This document shows positions 49,748 through 59,583 of a stretch of 64,000 bases of DNA, in pieces (position 1 is the first letter of the stretch; every line of letters begins with the position of its first letter). A program made the position numbers and the translations under genes. Under the pieces are notes generated by a model, which made no database searches, was not told the DNA's origin, and saw nothing but the letters and a program-made list of their open reading frames with translations. The DNA is from Candidatus Multivorans sp. (GTDB taxonomy: Bacteria > Acidobacteriota > Thermoanaerobaculia > Multivoradales > Multivoraceae), in NCBI GenBank assembly GCA_965247095.1, contig OZ251997.1, forward strand, positions 1,856,001 through 1,920,000. Reading direction: 5' to 3'.

Positions 49748-50962
49748 TCAGAGATCGGTGTCGCCCCTGAGGAGTTGGCGGGCGATCATCCGGTTCATGA
49801 TCTCGTTCGAGCCGTCGGCGACGTTCACGACCCGCAGCGCCTTCCACGCCTCGGTGAGCCCAAGTTCGTTCGTGAACCCCAGCGCGCCGTGGGTCTGCAT
49901 CGCCCGATCCACCGCCCGGAGTCCGGCCTGAACCGAGTACGCCTTGGTCATGCTGAGCTCCTTGACCGCGCGCTCGCCCAGATCGAGCAGCCGGGCGACG
50001 TTCCGCCCCATCAGGTGCGCGGCGTGGAGTTCCGTCGCCGACTCCGCGAGCGGGAAGGTGACGCCCTGGTACTCGGCGATCGGGGCGCCGAAGGCGTGCC
50101 GCTTCTGCGCGTAATCGAGAGCCGTCTCGACCGCCCAGCGACCGGTGCCCACCGCGCGCGCCGAGTTGTAGACCCGCCCCAGCGAAACCCCGTAGAGCGC
50201 CGCCGATAAGCCCCGATCGACCTCGCCGATCACCTGCCACGGCGCCACACGGACATCCTCGAGGACAATCTCCGCCTCGTCGCCGCCGATATCGCCGAAG
50301 AGCGCGACGACCCGCACCCTCTCGAAACCCTCCGACGCGGTCGGCACCAGGAAGGCGGTGATGCCCCGCTCGCCGGTGGTCGCGAACAGTACGCAGTAGT
50401 CGGCGATCGGTCCGTGCGTGGTCCAGATCTTCCGGCCGTTGATCCGCCAGCCGTCGCCGTCCCGCTCTGCTCTGGTCGCAAGCGCCGAGAGATCGGAACC
50501 GGCGCCCGGCTCCGAGAGCCCGAAGCACATGATCTTCGAGCCGTCCATCAGGCCCGGCAGGACACGCTCCCGGGCCTCCGCCGTCAGCTTCAGCAGCAAC
50601 CGGCTGGGGCCGAAGGCCCAGTGCGCCAACACGTGCAGAAGCAGCCAGGGACGGGGGCCCAAACGGTGGAACAGCGCCTGCCAGCCGACGTAGTAAGCGA
50701 GGTGGCCGTGGCCGCCGCCGCCCAGTTCCTCGGGCACCGAAGCCGTGAACAGACCCTCGCGGGCCGAAGCCGTCCGTACCTCCCGAATCAGGTCGACGAC
50801 CTCCGGGCGCAGCCGACCGTCTTCGTCATAGCGCCGGCGCGGGTCGTCGAGCAACTCGCCGTGCCGCTCGTGCCGCGGCAGCACCTCGCGCTCCGCGAAG
50901 TCCAGTAGCCGCCTCCGCAGATCATCGATCTCCGGCGGCAGCGCTTCGGCGATCGCGGTCAT
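49748..50962 (-). CDS. Acyl-CoA dehydrogenase
   Basis: FGLSEPGAGSD, NGRKIW, QTHGALG, DGSNEI. Confidence 0.92.
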   Translation of the reverse strand: MTAIAEALPPEIDDLRRRLLDFAEREVLPRHERHGELLDDPRRRYDEDGRLRPEVVDLIREVRTASAREGLFTASVPEELGGGGHGHLAYYVGWQALFHRLGPRPWLLLHVLAHWAFGPSRLLLKLTAEARERVLPGLMDGSKIMCFGLSEPGAGSDLSALATRAERDGDGWRINGRKIWTTHGPIADYCVLFATTGERGITAFLVPTASEGFERVRVVALFGDIGGDEAEIVLEDVRVAPWQVIGEVDRGLSAALYGVSLGRVYNSARAVGTGRWAVETALDYAQKRHAFGAPIAEYQGVTFPLAESATELHAAHLMGRNVARLLDLGERAVKELSMTKAYSVQAGLRAVDRAMQTHGALGFTNELGLTEAWKALRVVNVADGSNEIMNRMIARQLLRGDTDL

Positions 50963-50985
50963 GTCGTGAGCCTAGCCGCCGCCGC

Positions 50986-51030
50986 CCTGGGAACGCGGGC
51001 GTCTCGCCCGCATCCGGCGCGGAGCACCGG
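50986..51030 (+). repeat. REP-like palindrome, family A copy 4
   Basis: First 36 bp identical to 844-879. Confidence 0.88.
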
Positions 51031-51040
51031 CTTGCCCCCG

Positions 51041-52708
51041 TTAGCCACCTCCGCCGAGCGCCCGGTCCAGGGCGTCCAGCTTCTGCTTCAGCACAGCCGC
51101 CTGGGCACCGACCTCGTCGCCGACCACGAGAGCCAGGTCGCCGTCCGGGTCGTACCGCGGCCACTGGGCCAATCCCTCGCCGTTCGGATCTCCGGTCTTC
51201 GCGAAGTTCGTCCAGTAGCTCGACAACAGATCGGCGATCTCGTGATCCCAGTCCTCCCAGTTGATCCCGACCAGGTCGACGTTGCCGAAGACGTAGGCGA
51301 GATCGCCGGAGTGGTAGGCGCCGAAATGGCGGGGACCGCCCTCCCCGCCCAGGTCGGGCCGGTCCGGCAGGTAGAGCCGGAACACCGGCGGCGCGTGCTT
51401 GATGAAGTAGAGGTACGCGTCGCCGCCGGCAGCCGAGGCATGACGGACCCACGTACGGCTGCCCCAGCCGAAGATCGTGTCCGAGCGGATGAGAGTCGGT
51501 ACCGCTCCCGGCGCCTGCTCCGCCTCGGCAGCGTACGCGGCCAGGAGATCCGGCGCCGCTTCGCCGTACTGCTCCTTCAACTGAAGCTCGAGTTCTTCCG
51601 CTCCAAGCGGCGGCCCGGGCGCGAACAGAGCGCTCGATTCGTCGGCCATCGAGCCGACCATCATCGGTACGCGGTTGTGTTCACCGCGGGCGTAGATCGC
51701 CGCGGGCTGATCCGGCAGGTACCAGCCATCGACCACCGTCTTGAAATCGGCCGACCAGCCCGAACTGCCGGCCGCCGCCAGCACGTCCTCGGCGGAAGCC
51801 GCGCGCAGCGTCGAGACCGCACTCTCCGGGGTCGCTCCTTCGGCCGCGCCCAGCTCGGCGGCGAGCAGGGCGCCGCTCTCCTCTGCCCGCTCAAGCGTCG
51901 GCAGCGGCGTGAAGCAACCCGCCGACTGCCCGATCGCGCGGTGGAACAGGCCCGCGGCGAGCGGCGACGCAACCAGGCTGCAGACACTCATCGAACCGGC
52001 CGACTGACCGAAGATCAGAACCCGCTCCGGATCGCCGCCGAAGGCCTCTGCATTGGCCTGCACCCAACGCAGCGCCGCGATCTTGTCGAGCAGGCCGTAG
52101 TTGCCGGACGATCTGCCCGATGATCCGTGCTCGGACTCGGCGCTCAGGCCGGCGTGCGCCAGAAACCCGAAGGAACCGAGCCGGTAGTTGATCGAGACCA
52201 GCACGACGCTCTTGCGAGCGAGCGCGGCGCCGTCGAAGATGAGCGACGAACCATGACCGACCTCGTGGCTGCCGCCGTGGAACCAGACCATGACCGGCCT
52301 CGGGCCGTCCGTACCGGCATCCGCGGCGGTCCAGAGGTCGAGGTAGAGGCAGTCCTCGCTGCGGTCGATTTCGCCGCGGCTGTAGATCGAGGTGTCGGGC
52401 GAGATCCGCTGCCAGCAGGGAAAGCCGGACTCAAGGGCGCTCCGTACGCCCTCCCACGAGGCAGGCGGCTCTGGCGGGCGCCACCGCAGATCGCCAACCG
52501 GGGGCGCGGCGTAGGGAATGCCGCGGAATACCAGAATGTCGCCTGCCGGACCCCGGCCGTCGTCGACGGCCGCGCCCTCGACCCAGCCGTAGGCCGTCTC
52601 GATGATGAGTCCACCGTCGCTCTCCGGCTCCGGACCGCCACACCCCATGGCGACGATCATCAACGGAATCAATGTCCAACGCAATGGCGATCGATACGGA
52701 CGCTTCAT
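51041..52708 (-). CDS. Type-B carboxylesterase (lipoprotein)
   Basis: GIPYAAPPVGDLRW, SEDCLYL, HGG, GQSAG. Confidence 0.93.
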   Translation of the reverse strand: MKRPYRSPLRWTLIPLMIVAMGCGGPEPESDGGLIIETAYGWVEGAAVDDGRGPAGDILVFRGIPYAAPPVGDLRWRPPEPPASWEGVRSALESGFPCWQRISPDTSIYSRGEIDRSEDCLYLDLWTAADAGTDGPRPVMVWFHGGSHEVGHGSSLIFDGAALARKSVVLVSINYRLGSFGFLAHAGLSAESEHGSSGRSSGNYGLLDKIAALRWVQANAEAFGGDPERVLIFGQSAGSMSVCSLVASPLAAGLFHRAIGQSAGCFTPLPTLERAEESGALLAAELGAAEGATPESAVSTLRAASAEDVLAAAGSSGWSADFKTVVDGWYLPDQPAAIYARGEHNRVPMMVGSMADESSALFAPGPPLGAEELELQLKEQYGEAAPDLLAAYAAEAEQAPGAVPTLIRSDTIFGWGSRTWVRHASAAGGDAYLYFIKHAPPVFRLYLPDRPDLGGEGGPRHFGAYHSGDLAYVFGNVDLVGINWEDWDHEIADLLSSYWTNFAKTGDPNGEGLAQWPRYDPDGDLALVVGDEVGAQAAVLKQKLDALDRALGGGG

Positions 52709-52737
52709 GTACGCATTCCTTCCTGCATCTTTAGGGA

Positions 52738-53139
52738 TCAGCCCTCGAGGAACTGCCGTCTGACCTCCTCCGGCAGCGGAACCGGCCGTCCGGAGCGAGT
52801 GTCAAGCCAAACCCAGCGGTGAGTAAAGCGGGCGATCTCGCGGCCGTCCGCCGCGGAGCTGACGTCGAAGTCCTGGTCGAAGCCCCGGTCGTTGGCCTCG
52901 GTGGTGCGCACCTGGATGCGCGCCCCCTCCTGCCACCGCAGCGGCGAGAAGTAGGTCGCCGCGGTCGACCGCTGCACCGCGTAGACGTGCTCCGGCTTGT
53001 GCCCGGCGTCGATGCCGCAGTGGGCTTCGAACCGGGCGTAGGCCATCTCGGTCAGCGCCAGCAACACGCCGGCGTGAACGAAGCCGGTGGCGGCGAAGCA
53101 GTCCGAGTGGCGGGTTTCGAACTCCGTCTCGAAGGTCAC
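52738..53139 (-). CDS. Hot-dog fold acyl-CoA thioesterase
   Basis: TRHSDC..GFVH..E, WVWLD..GRPVPLPE. Confidence 0.75.
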   Translation of the reverse strand: MTFETEFETRHSDCFAATGFVHAGVLLALTEMAYARFEAHCGIDAGHKPEHVYAVQRSTAATYFSPLRWQEGARIQVRTTEANDRGFDQDFDVSSAADGREIARFTHRWVWLDTRSGRPVPLPEEVRRQFLEG

Positions 53140-53149
53140 GCAGACGGCC

Positions 53150-54844
53150 TCAAACCGACGCAGCCAGGTACTCCCGGGCCTCCGCAAGCTCCGTGGGCTC
53201 ATCCGCGGCCTGCCACGCCTTGAGCAGCTTGCCATAGGCATCCGCCGCGGCTTCCGCGTCCCCGGCTGCGGCATGGGCGCGAGCCAGCCCGAGCAGGGAG
53301 CGGGGACGGTTCGGGGTGCTGAGCAGCGAGGCCTCGAACTGCTCCGCGGCCTCGGCCGGCCGCTCCAGTTGCAGCAGCACCTCGCCGTACAGCTCGCGGA
53401 TCGGCTTGATCGGCGACGCGGCGCCCCGCGGCGGTCCCATCGTCGAGGCGATCGCGACTCCCTCGTCGAACATCTTGACCGCGCCGTCGGCGTCGCCTTC
53501 GGCAAGCCGGATCAGGCCCGTGAGCTCGTGGTGCATCACTTGGGCGGGCTTGGTTCCGCGCTGGAAGGTCGAGCGGTCGGCGGTCTTCCGGGCGCCCATC
53601 TTCTCGAGCCGCGCAGCAGCCGCGCGCGCGACGGTCAGGTCGCCGGTGTGGACCGCGGAGATCCCGGTCGCGAGCAACTCCGCACTCCCCGTATCGTCGG
53701 TGATCTCGCGCGTTTCCCATTGCTCCGTCTCGACGATGTACCGGGCCCGGACCAAGGGCACGGTGCTCTTCCCGCGGCCGGTGTCGCCGGTGCGGTCGAC
53801 CAGATCGTCGAGTTCGGCGATCCACTCCCGCGCCTTCGCGTAGTCGCCGCGCTGCAGATCGCCGTACTGCCCCCAATCGAGCGAATGGACCATGTCGCCC
53901 ACCCTCTCGCCCGGATCCCAGAGCGCCATCGCCGCCTCGTACGCCGAATCGTTCGACTTCGAGACCAGGTCCCACATGCCGCGCTGAATGAAGATGTGGG
54001 ACGGCATGTGCCGGGCGTGCGAGACGGCAGCCGCGATCTCGGCGAAACGATGCGCCGCCGGCAGGGCCAGGGGCGCGTGAACCGGATCGTCGAAGGCGTG
54101 GATGGTGTAGTGGGCGGCGCCCGGGTGGTTCGGATTCCGCTCGAAGAGGCCCATGGCGATCGACCCCGCCATGACGTTCAGGCGGAATGTGTCGTCGCCC
54201 AGCGGCCCAACTGCCGAAAGCAGCGACAGCGCGTAGAAGGCCGCCACCTCGTCGTCATCCGGGTTGCGCTCGTAGAGGTTGCGCATCGCCTCCATGTAGG
54301 CGATGCGGCGCTCGGCAAGCTCACCTTCGGCAAACAGATTCTCGACCGCATTGAGGAATCCCAACTCGCGTTCGGTGGCCGCCTTCGCCGCCCGCTCCTC
54401 GCGAGTCGCACCGAGCCGCTCCAGGGCGGCACGCGGCGATTCCAGATCCCGCTCCGCCAGCAGTGGGTGGTTGTACGTCAACGTCTCCCCCCAGTAGGCG
54501 AGGGCGAAGTCGGGTTCCAGCTCCTGGGCGGCGTGGAACTGCTCGCGCGCCTGCTCGTAGCCGAAGCTGTGCAGGATCGCGACGCCGCGGATGAAGTGCT
54601 TCTGCGCCTCGCTGCCGGCCGAGGTCGGGAAGTCGATCGAGCCGACGTCGACCGAGGCGTCGAAGTCGGATGCCCCCGTGGGCTCGGCGGACGCCTCCGA
54701 GTCCACGGAGATGACACACCCGGCGGACGCCAGGCAGAGAACCGGGACCGCGAACAACGCTGCAACCCTGCTTGCCGAGCGCGGCGAACCGGAGATCACG
54801 CCGGAGGAACTGGAACGGCTGAAGTTGAACGGTGAACGAGACAT
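53150..54844 (-). CDS. TPR-repeat secreted/lipoprotein
   Basis: FPTS, LHSF.Y, ALAYWG, HPGAAHYTIH, HMPSHIF. Confidence 0.82.
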   Translation of the reverse strand: MSRSPFNFSRSSSSGVISGSPRSASRVAALFAVPVLCLASAGCVISVDSEASAEPTGASDFDASVDVGSIDFPTSAGSEAQKHFIRGVAILHSFGYEQAREQFHAAQELEPDFALAYWGETLTYNHPLLAERDLESPRAALERLGATREERAAKAATERELGFLNAVENLFAEGELAERRIAYMEAMRNLYERNPDDDEVAAFYALSLLSAVGPLGDDTFRLNVMAGSIAMGLFERNPNHPGAAHYTIHAFDDPVHAPLALPAAHRFAEIAAAVSHARHMPSHIFIQRGMWDLVSKSNDSAYEAAMALWDPGERVGDMVHSLDWGQYGDLQRGDYAKAREWIAELDDLVDRTGDTGRGKSTVPLVRARYIVETEQWETREITDDTGSAELLATGISAVHTGDLTVARAAAARLEKMGARKTADRSTFQRGTKPAQVMHHELTGLIRLAEGDADGAVKMFDEGVAIASTMGPPRGAASPIKPIRELYGEVLLQLERPAEAAEQFEASLLSTPNRPRSLLGLARAHAAAGDAEAAADAYGKLLKAWQAADEPTELAEAREYLAASV

Positions 54845-55022
54845 CTTGTACTCCCTCCTGCCGCGGCAAGCCGCGCCGGCCACGGGGCTCTTGTGGAACA
54901 ACGCTTCGTGTAGAACAAGGATAGCGGCCAGCGGGCGCCGCTGCCGCCGTGTCTGTGTCAAAGTGAAGGCCCTGCCTCCTGAGAGCGTGTACCTGCAGGC
55001 AGCCCGGCCCCGGATCTCGACG

Positions 55023-57521
55023 ATGAAGGACCTCCTCCTCGCAGCGGCGATCTCGACCGTCCTCTTCGGGGCCGCGCCGGCGCCGGGCCGGGCGCAGCCG
55101 CCGCCGAACATCGGCGACGGCTGGTTCCGCTCGGTGCCTGCGGACCAGGGCCTGGACAACGCCATGGTCCAGGAGATCTTCAACCGCGTGCGCTCACAGT
55201 CCGATTTTCGGACAGTCCGGGGAGTCGTCATCGTCCGCCACGGCACGCTGGTGGCGGAGACCTACTTCGGCGACTTCACGAGCACCAGCCTCAAGAACGT
55301 CCATTCGGTCAGCAAGAGCGTGACCTCGCTGGCGGTCGGCATCGCCATGGACCGCGGCATGCTCCCCTCCGTCGACGCGCGTCTCGCGGACCTCCTGCCG
55401 CACTACACGCACCGCTTGAAGGAAGCGCCCAAGGATGGGATCACCCTGCGTCACGCCTTGACCATGACCGCGGGGCTGGCCTGGAACGAGACGGCTGGAG
55501 CCTTCTGGAACTCTCCCGACAGCGTCGACTACGTACTGACCCGGGACGTCGCGGCCCAACCCGGCGCCGAGTTCTTCTATTCGAGCGGCCTCTCCCACGT
55601 GATCGCCGAGGTGAACAACCGGGCGTCCGGCCAGAGCCACCTGGCCTTCGTCCAGAAGCACCTGTTCGAGCCGCTCGGGATTACCACCGCCACCTGGGAC
55701 CCGGACCTGAGCGGCCGTCACTGGGGCGGCACCGGGCTCCGGATCCGACCGCGCGACATGGCGAAGATCGGCCAACTCACCCTGCAGGAGGGTCTGTGGG
55801 AAGGCCGGCGGCTGGTATCGCGGGAGTGGATCGCCGAGTCGACACGCGGTCAGACCGGCGGCGTCGCCGGCGCTCCGAACTACGGCTACCAATGGTGGAT
55901 CCGGCCCCAGGGGCGCTACCTCGCCCACGGCTACAACGGGCAGTACATCGGCGTCGATCCGGATGCCGACATCGTGACGACGATGATCACCCTCTCAGAG
56001 CAGTCGCCGCGGCCGCAGGAGACCTTCCGCTACTACTTCGAGCAGCTCCAGGATCTCGCCCGCGAGGCGACGAGGCCGGAGCAGCGGGGACGGCTCCTGG
56101 CGACCGCGGCGGCAGGCGGGAGCGACCTGGACGGAATCACGATCGAAGTCAGGCGCGTCGGCGGCAGCGACGGCGCGGTGAAGCTCGCCTACGGGACACG
56201 GAACGGCAGCGCCCGAGCCGGCCGGGAGTTCCGCCGTACCGAAGGGGAGCTGCGATGGGAGCACGGCGACGCTTCGACGCGCGAGATCAGGATTTCGCTA
56301 CTCCCGAACGCGGCCGGCGATGCCGCGCGCGACTTCCGCTTCGAGTTCGAGTCGATGAGCGGCGGCATCGACGCCCCGCATCGGATGAAGCTCGAGCTCG
56401 GACCCGGCGGGCGGCCGGTCAACCCCGCCGGATCGATCGAGTTCACGGGACCGGCGTTCCCGGGCCACGAGGGCGACGAGGCCACGATCTCGGTGGAACG
56501 CCGGGGCGGCACGCAGGGCGAGGTCGCGGTGCGCTACCGGACGATGCCCCGCTCCGCCGCCGCCCACACCGACTTCAGCGCCGTCGAGGGCCGGCTCGTG
56601 TGGAAGGACGGGGAATCGGGCCCGCGCCTGGTCAACGTCCCGCTGATGGCGGACGAGGAGATCGAGCGCAGCGAGCTGTTCGACCTCGTTCTCAGCGACG
56701 TCTCCGGCGGCGCCGAGCTGCCGGAACCCCGCGCCGTGGGCGTGATCCAGGACATGACCGCCGGCCCGGGCTGCACCGACAGCGACGGCGCGCTCTGTCT
56801 CTCCGGCGGCCGCTTCCGGGTCGAAGTCGAGTGGCAGTCGCAGTACAACGGCAAGCGCGGCACGGGCGCCCTGCAACGCCTGAGCGACGAGACCGGCACC
56901 GCGACCTTCTTCTCGCCCGAGAACGTGGAACTTGTGTTCAAGCTTCTCGACGGTCGAGGCTTCAACGACCACCACTGGGTGTACTACGGCGCCCTCTCCG
57001 ACGTCGAGTACTGGCTCACCGTCACCGACACGCTGCACGACCGGGTGGTCGTCTACCGGAATCCGCCGGGCGAGATCTGCGGACGCGGCGACTCCGAGGC
57101 ATTCCCGGAGCCCGCCGGCGCGACCGCGATGTCGACGACACCTGGGTTCACGGGCGTCTTGCCCGCATCCGTCGCAACGGACGGCGGCTGCGCCCCCGGC
57201 GCCCTCTGCCTGCTCGACGGCCGCTTCGAAGTGACCGCGGAGTGGACCAAGGCCGACGGCGAGAGCGGCGTTGCCACCCCGCTGCCGGGCGCCGACGCCA
57301 CCGGCACCATGTGGTTCTTCTCGCCCGGAAACATCGAGCTCGCGGTCAAGGCTCTCGACGGCAGGTCGCACAACAACGCCTTCTGGGTCTTCGCCGCCGG
57401 GCTCACCGATGTCGACTACCAGTTGACCGTCACCGACACCGTGGCCGGCGTATCGAAGACGTACTCCAACCCGAGCCGTCCCTTCTGCGGCCTGGGCGAC
57501 ACCTCGGCGTTCCCGCAGTAG
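55023..57521 (+). CDS. Serine hydrolase (class C beta-lactamase fold) + two Calx-beta-like domains + two C-terminal repeat domains
   Basis: SVSK, YSS, YGYQWW, HGYNGQ; VERRGGTQGEVAVRY; two LCL..GRF/FFSPxNxEL units. Confidence 0.85.
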   Translation: MKDLLLAAAISTVLFGAAPAPGRAQPPPNIGDGWFRSVPADQGLDNAMVQEIFNRVRSQSDFRTVRGVVIVRHGTLVAETYFGDFTSTSLKNVHSVSKSVTSLAVGIAMDRGMLPSVDARLADLLPHYTHRLKEAPKDGITLRHALTMTAGLAWNETAGAFWNSPDSVDYVLTRDVAAQPGAEFFYSSGLSHVIAEVNNRASGQSHLAFVQKHLFEPLGITTATWDPDLSGRHWGGTGLRIRPRDMAKIGQLTLQEGLWEGRRLVSREWIAESTRGQTGGVAGAPNYGYQWWIRPQGRYLAHGYNGQYIGVDPDADIVTTMITLSEQSPRPQETFRYYFEQLQDLAREATRPEQRGRLLATAAAGGSDLDGITIEVRRVGGSDGAVKLAYGTRNGSARAGREFRRTEGELRWEHGDASTREIRISLLPNAAGDAARDFRFEFESMSGGIDAPHRMKLELGPGGRPVNPAGSIEFTGPAFPGHEGDEATISVERRGGTQGEVAVRYRTMPRSAAAHTDFSAVEGRLVWKDGESGPRLVNVPLMADEEIERSELFDLVLSDVSGGAELPEPRAVGVIQDMTAGPGCTDSDGALCLSGGRFRVEVEWQSQYNGKRGTGALQRLSDETGTATFFSPENVELVFKLLDGRGFNDHHWVYYGALSDVEYWLTVTDTLHDRVVVYRNPPGEICGRGDSEAFPEPAGATAMSTTPGFTGVLPASVATDGGCAPGALCLLDGRFEVTAEWTKADGESGVATPLPGADATGTMWFFSPGNIELAVKALDGRSHNNAFWVFAAGLTDVDYQLTVTDTVAGVSKTYSNPSRPFCGLGDTSAFPQ

Positions 57522-57532
57522 TTTCGGCTTAG

Positions 57533-58384
57533 ATGGGACGTATCCGTGGTCACGGCCGAGTCGTGCGCGCTCTGGCAACGCTGGCATTGGCGACGGCGCT
57601 GACGGCGCCTGCCGCCGCCCAGGTCAACACCGAGAGCATGCGCCTCGGCGCCGACGAGCCCGGATGGGGCGGCACCTTCGATCTGAACTCCTCTCTTCAG
57701 CGCGGCAACACCGAGCGCGAGGTCCTCGGCGCCGGCACCCGCCTCCAGTACGCTTGGCCACCGCCGGCTGAGACCGAGGGCGATGACGCCCAGGACGACA
57801 ACCTAGCCGAAGGCCCCGCCAACACGCTCTTCTTGACCTCGAACTACTCCTTCACCCGACTGAACGAGAACCGCTTCGTCAACAACGCCCTGAGCCACCT
57901 GCGCTTCATCCGGCGGCACAGCCCCAGAGTCTCCTACGAGCTGTTCGGCCAGCACCAGTTCAACGAGTTCATCCGCCTCGAGCAACGGCTCCTGTTCGGC
58001 GGCGGCGGCCGCTTCCTGGTGTTGCAGGCGCCAAGAACGGAGATGTTCCTCGGAACCGGGTACATGCTCGAGGGAGAGACCCTTGACCTGGCGGGGGAAC
58101 TTCCCGAGGCACGGCGAAGCGAGCACCATCGGTCGACGAACTACCTGACCGTCCGCTACAACAGCGAAGACGAACGTTTCCGCCTGGTCGAGACCCTCTA
58201 CGTCCAGACCCGCGTCGACCGACTGGAGGACTACCGCCTGCTTTCCGAGACCTCCTTCGAGATCCAGCTCCTCCGCCGTCTCGCCCTGGCGATCAACCTG
58301 AACGTCACCCACGACAGCGAGCCGCCGACCGGGGTCAAGGACACGGATGTCGTGCTGTCGAACTCGCTGCGGTACTCGTTCTAG
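57533..58384 (+). CDS. DUF481 outer-membrane beta-barrel
   Basis: Signal peptide, QVNTE, GNT, alternating beta strands, terminal YSF. Confidence 0.8.
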   Translation: MGRIRGHGRVVRALATLALATALTAPAAAQVNTESMRLGADEPGWGGTFDLNSSLQRGNTEREVLGAGTRLQYAWPPPAETEGDDAQDDNLAEGPANTLFLTSNYSFTRLNENRFVNNALSHLRFIRRHSPRVSYELFGQHQFNEFIRLEQRLLFGGGGRFLVLQAPRTEMFLGTGYMLEGETLDLAGELPEARRSEHHRSTNYLTVRYNSEDERFRLVETLYVQTRVDRLEDYRLLSETSFEIQLLRRLALAINLNVTHDSEPPTGVKDTDVVLSNSLRYSF

Positions 58385-58396
58385 GAGCCGCTCCGC

Positions 58397-58810
58397 CTAC
58401 GACGGCAGCGTCTCCACGCCCAGTCGCCCGGCCGCCTGGACCAAACGTCGATCCAGCGTGGCCAAAGCGACTCCCCGCCGCGCGGCCAGTTCCAGGTACG
58501 CCGCATCGTAGGTGGTCAGACCCTCGGTTCGGGCAAGCGACAGAATCTCACGGAATGCGCGGCTGTCGGTCTCGGTATCGGTCGTGACCGGCAAACGGTC
58601 CAGGAGTTCAAGATGCGCCGACGTTTGGGCCGGCGCGATGCGCTTCCGCCGCTCCGCCTGCGCCAGCACGTTGCCGACCTCCAGGCGCCAGAGCCCGGGA
58701 ACCAGCGCATCGCCTTCCTTCAGCCGGTCCTGAAGTGCATCCACGGCCGGTGTTGCCTCGTCCTCGAACAGCCAGGCAACCGTCACCGAGCAGTCGAGCA
58801 CGAAGGTCAT
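58397..58810 (-). CDS. vapC: VapC PIN toxin
   Basis: FVLDCSV, LEVGN, YDAAYLELA, ATLD. Confidence 0.92.
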   Translation of the reverse strand: MTFVLDCSVTVAWLFEDEATPAVDALQDRLKEGDALVPGLWRLEVGNVLAQAERRKRIAPAQTSAHLELLDRLPVTTDTETDSRAFREILSLARTEGLTTYDAAYLELAARRGVALATLDRRLVQAAGRLGVETLPS

Positions 58811-59076
58811 CGGCGACCTTCGTCGCGCAGGTCCTTCCAGTTCAGACCGCCCAATGTCAGGCCCTTGCGCCGCCTGCGGAGCTCATCAATGACACTCTCC
58901 GTCTCTCTCCGCTCCACCTGGCCGGCAGGAACAAGCCGCGCGACAGGCTTGCCCCTGCGGGTGATGACCACCTCACGCCCTTGTGAGACCTTGTCCAGCA
59001 GGGCCGAAAGGTGGGTCTTCGCGGCAAATGCGCCGACACTCAGAGTGGGCTCTCGGGACTCATCCAACCAGTTCAT
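58807..59076 (-). CDS. Phd/YefM antitoxin
   Basis: AKTHLSALLDKV..VVITRRGKPVARLVP. Confidence 0.92.
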   Translation of the reverse strand: MNWLDESREPTLSVGAFAAKTHLSALLDKVSQGREVVITRRGKPVARLVPAGQVERRETESVIDELRRRRKGLTLGGLNWKDLRDEGRR

Positions 59077-59086
59077 CCAACTAGTT
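59061..59086. promoter_or_regulatory. 13-bp tandem repeat at the phd start, possible operator
   Basis: CATCCAACCAGTT CATCCAACTAGTT. Confidence 0.45.
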
Positions 59087-59250
59087 TACACAGAACTCTG
59101 TCCGTGCGTCCCACGGCTCGACAGCCACGACATTCTCTCCAGCTCGCTGGAGCGCCCGGCGGCTGCATCGACTCGAGACACGGCACAATCCCAAGAATGT
59201 CATCTTCGTGCTACTCTAACCCCAGCTATGGAGCTACAAAGCTAACTACT

Positions 59251-59583
59251 ATGCCCACACCACACCATCCGCCGGCCGCCGTCAGGCGAACCCTCCGCAA
59301 GCTCGGCGCCGACCTCCGTGACGCGCGACGGCGAAGACGGCTGCCGATGCAGGTGGTAGCCGATCGGGCCTTCACTTCGCGCTCCACACTCCAGCGCATC
59401 GAAGCCGGCGACCACAGTGTAGGGATGGGCATCTACGCCGCCGTGATGCATGCACTCGGGCTGCTGGACGGGTTGGGCGAGATGGCGGACTGGCGCCGCG
59501 ACGCCTTCGGTCAGGCCCTTGCGGCTGCCGACCTGCCGCAGCGAGTTCGCTCCAGGCATTCGCCCTCGAAGCCAGGACGATGA
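59251..59583 (+). CDS. XRE-HTH antitoxin (HipB-like)
   Basis: LRDARRRRRL..SRSTLQRIEAGD; ATGA overlap with hipA. Confidence 0.85.
   Translation: MPTPHHPPAAVRRTLRKLGADLRDARRRRRLPMQVVADRAFTSRSTLQRIEAGDHSVGMGIYAAVMHALGLLDGLGEMADWRRDAFGQALAAADLPQRVRSRHSPSKPGR

Noticed and set aside
55023-56100. Antibiotic-resistance beta-lactamase
   Set aside because: SxxK/YxS serine hydrolase fold only; such proteins are mostly esterases or amidases, so resistance cannot be inferred.
74-57587. Many long overlapping ORFs (e.g. 4290-6209, 14261-16465, 40476-42788, 53087-54835, 55796-57532)
   Set aside because: Antisense or alternative-frame shadows of real genes in high-GC DNA; Arg/Pro/Ala-rich with no recognisable motifs.
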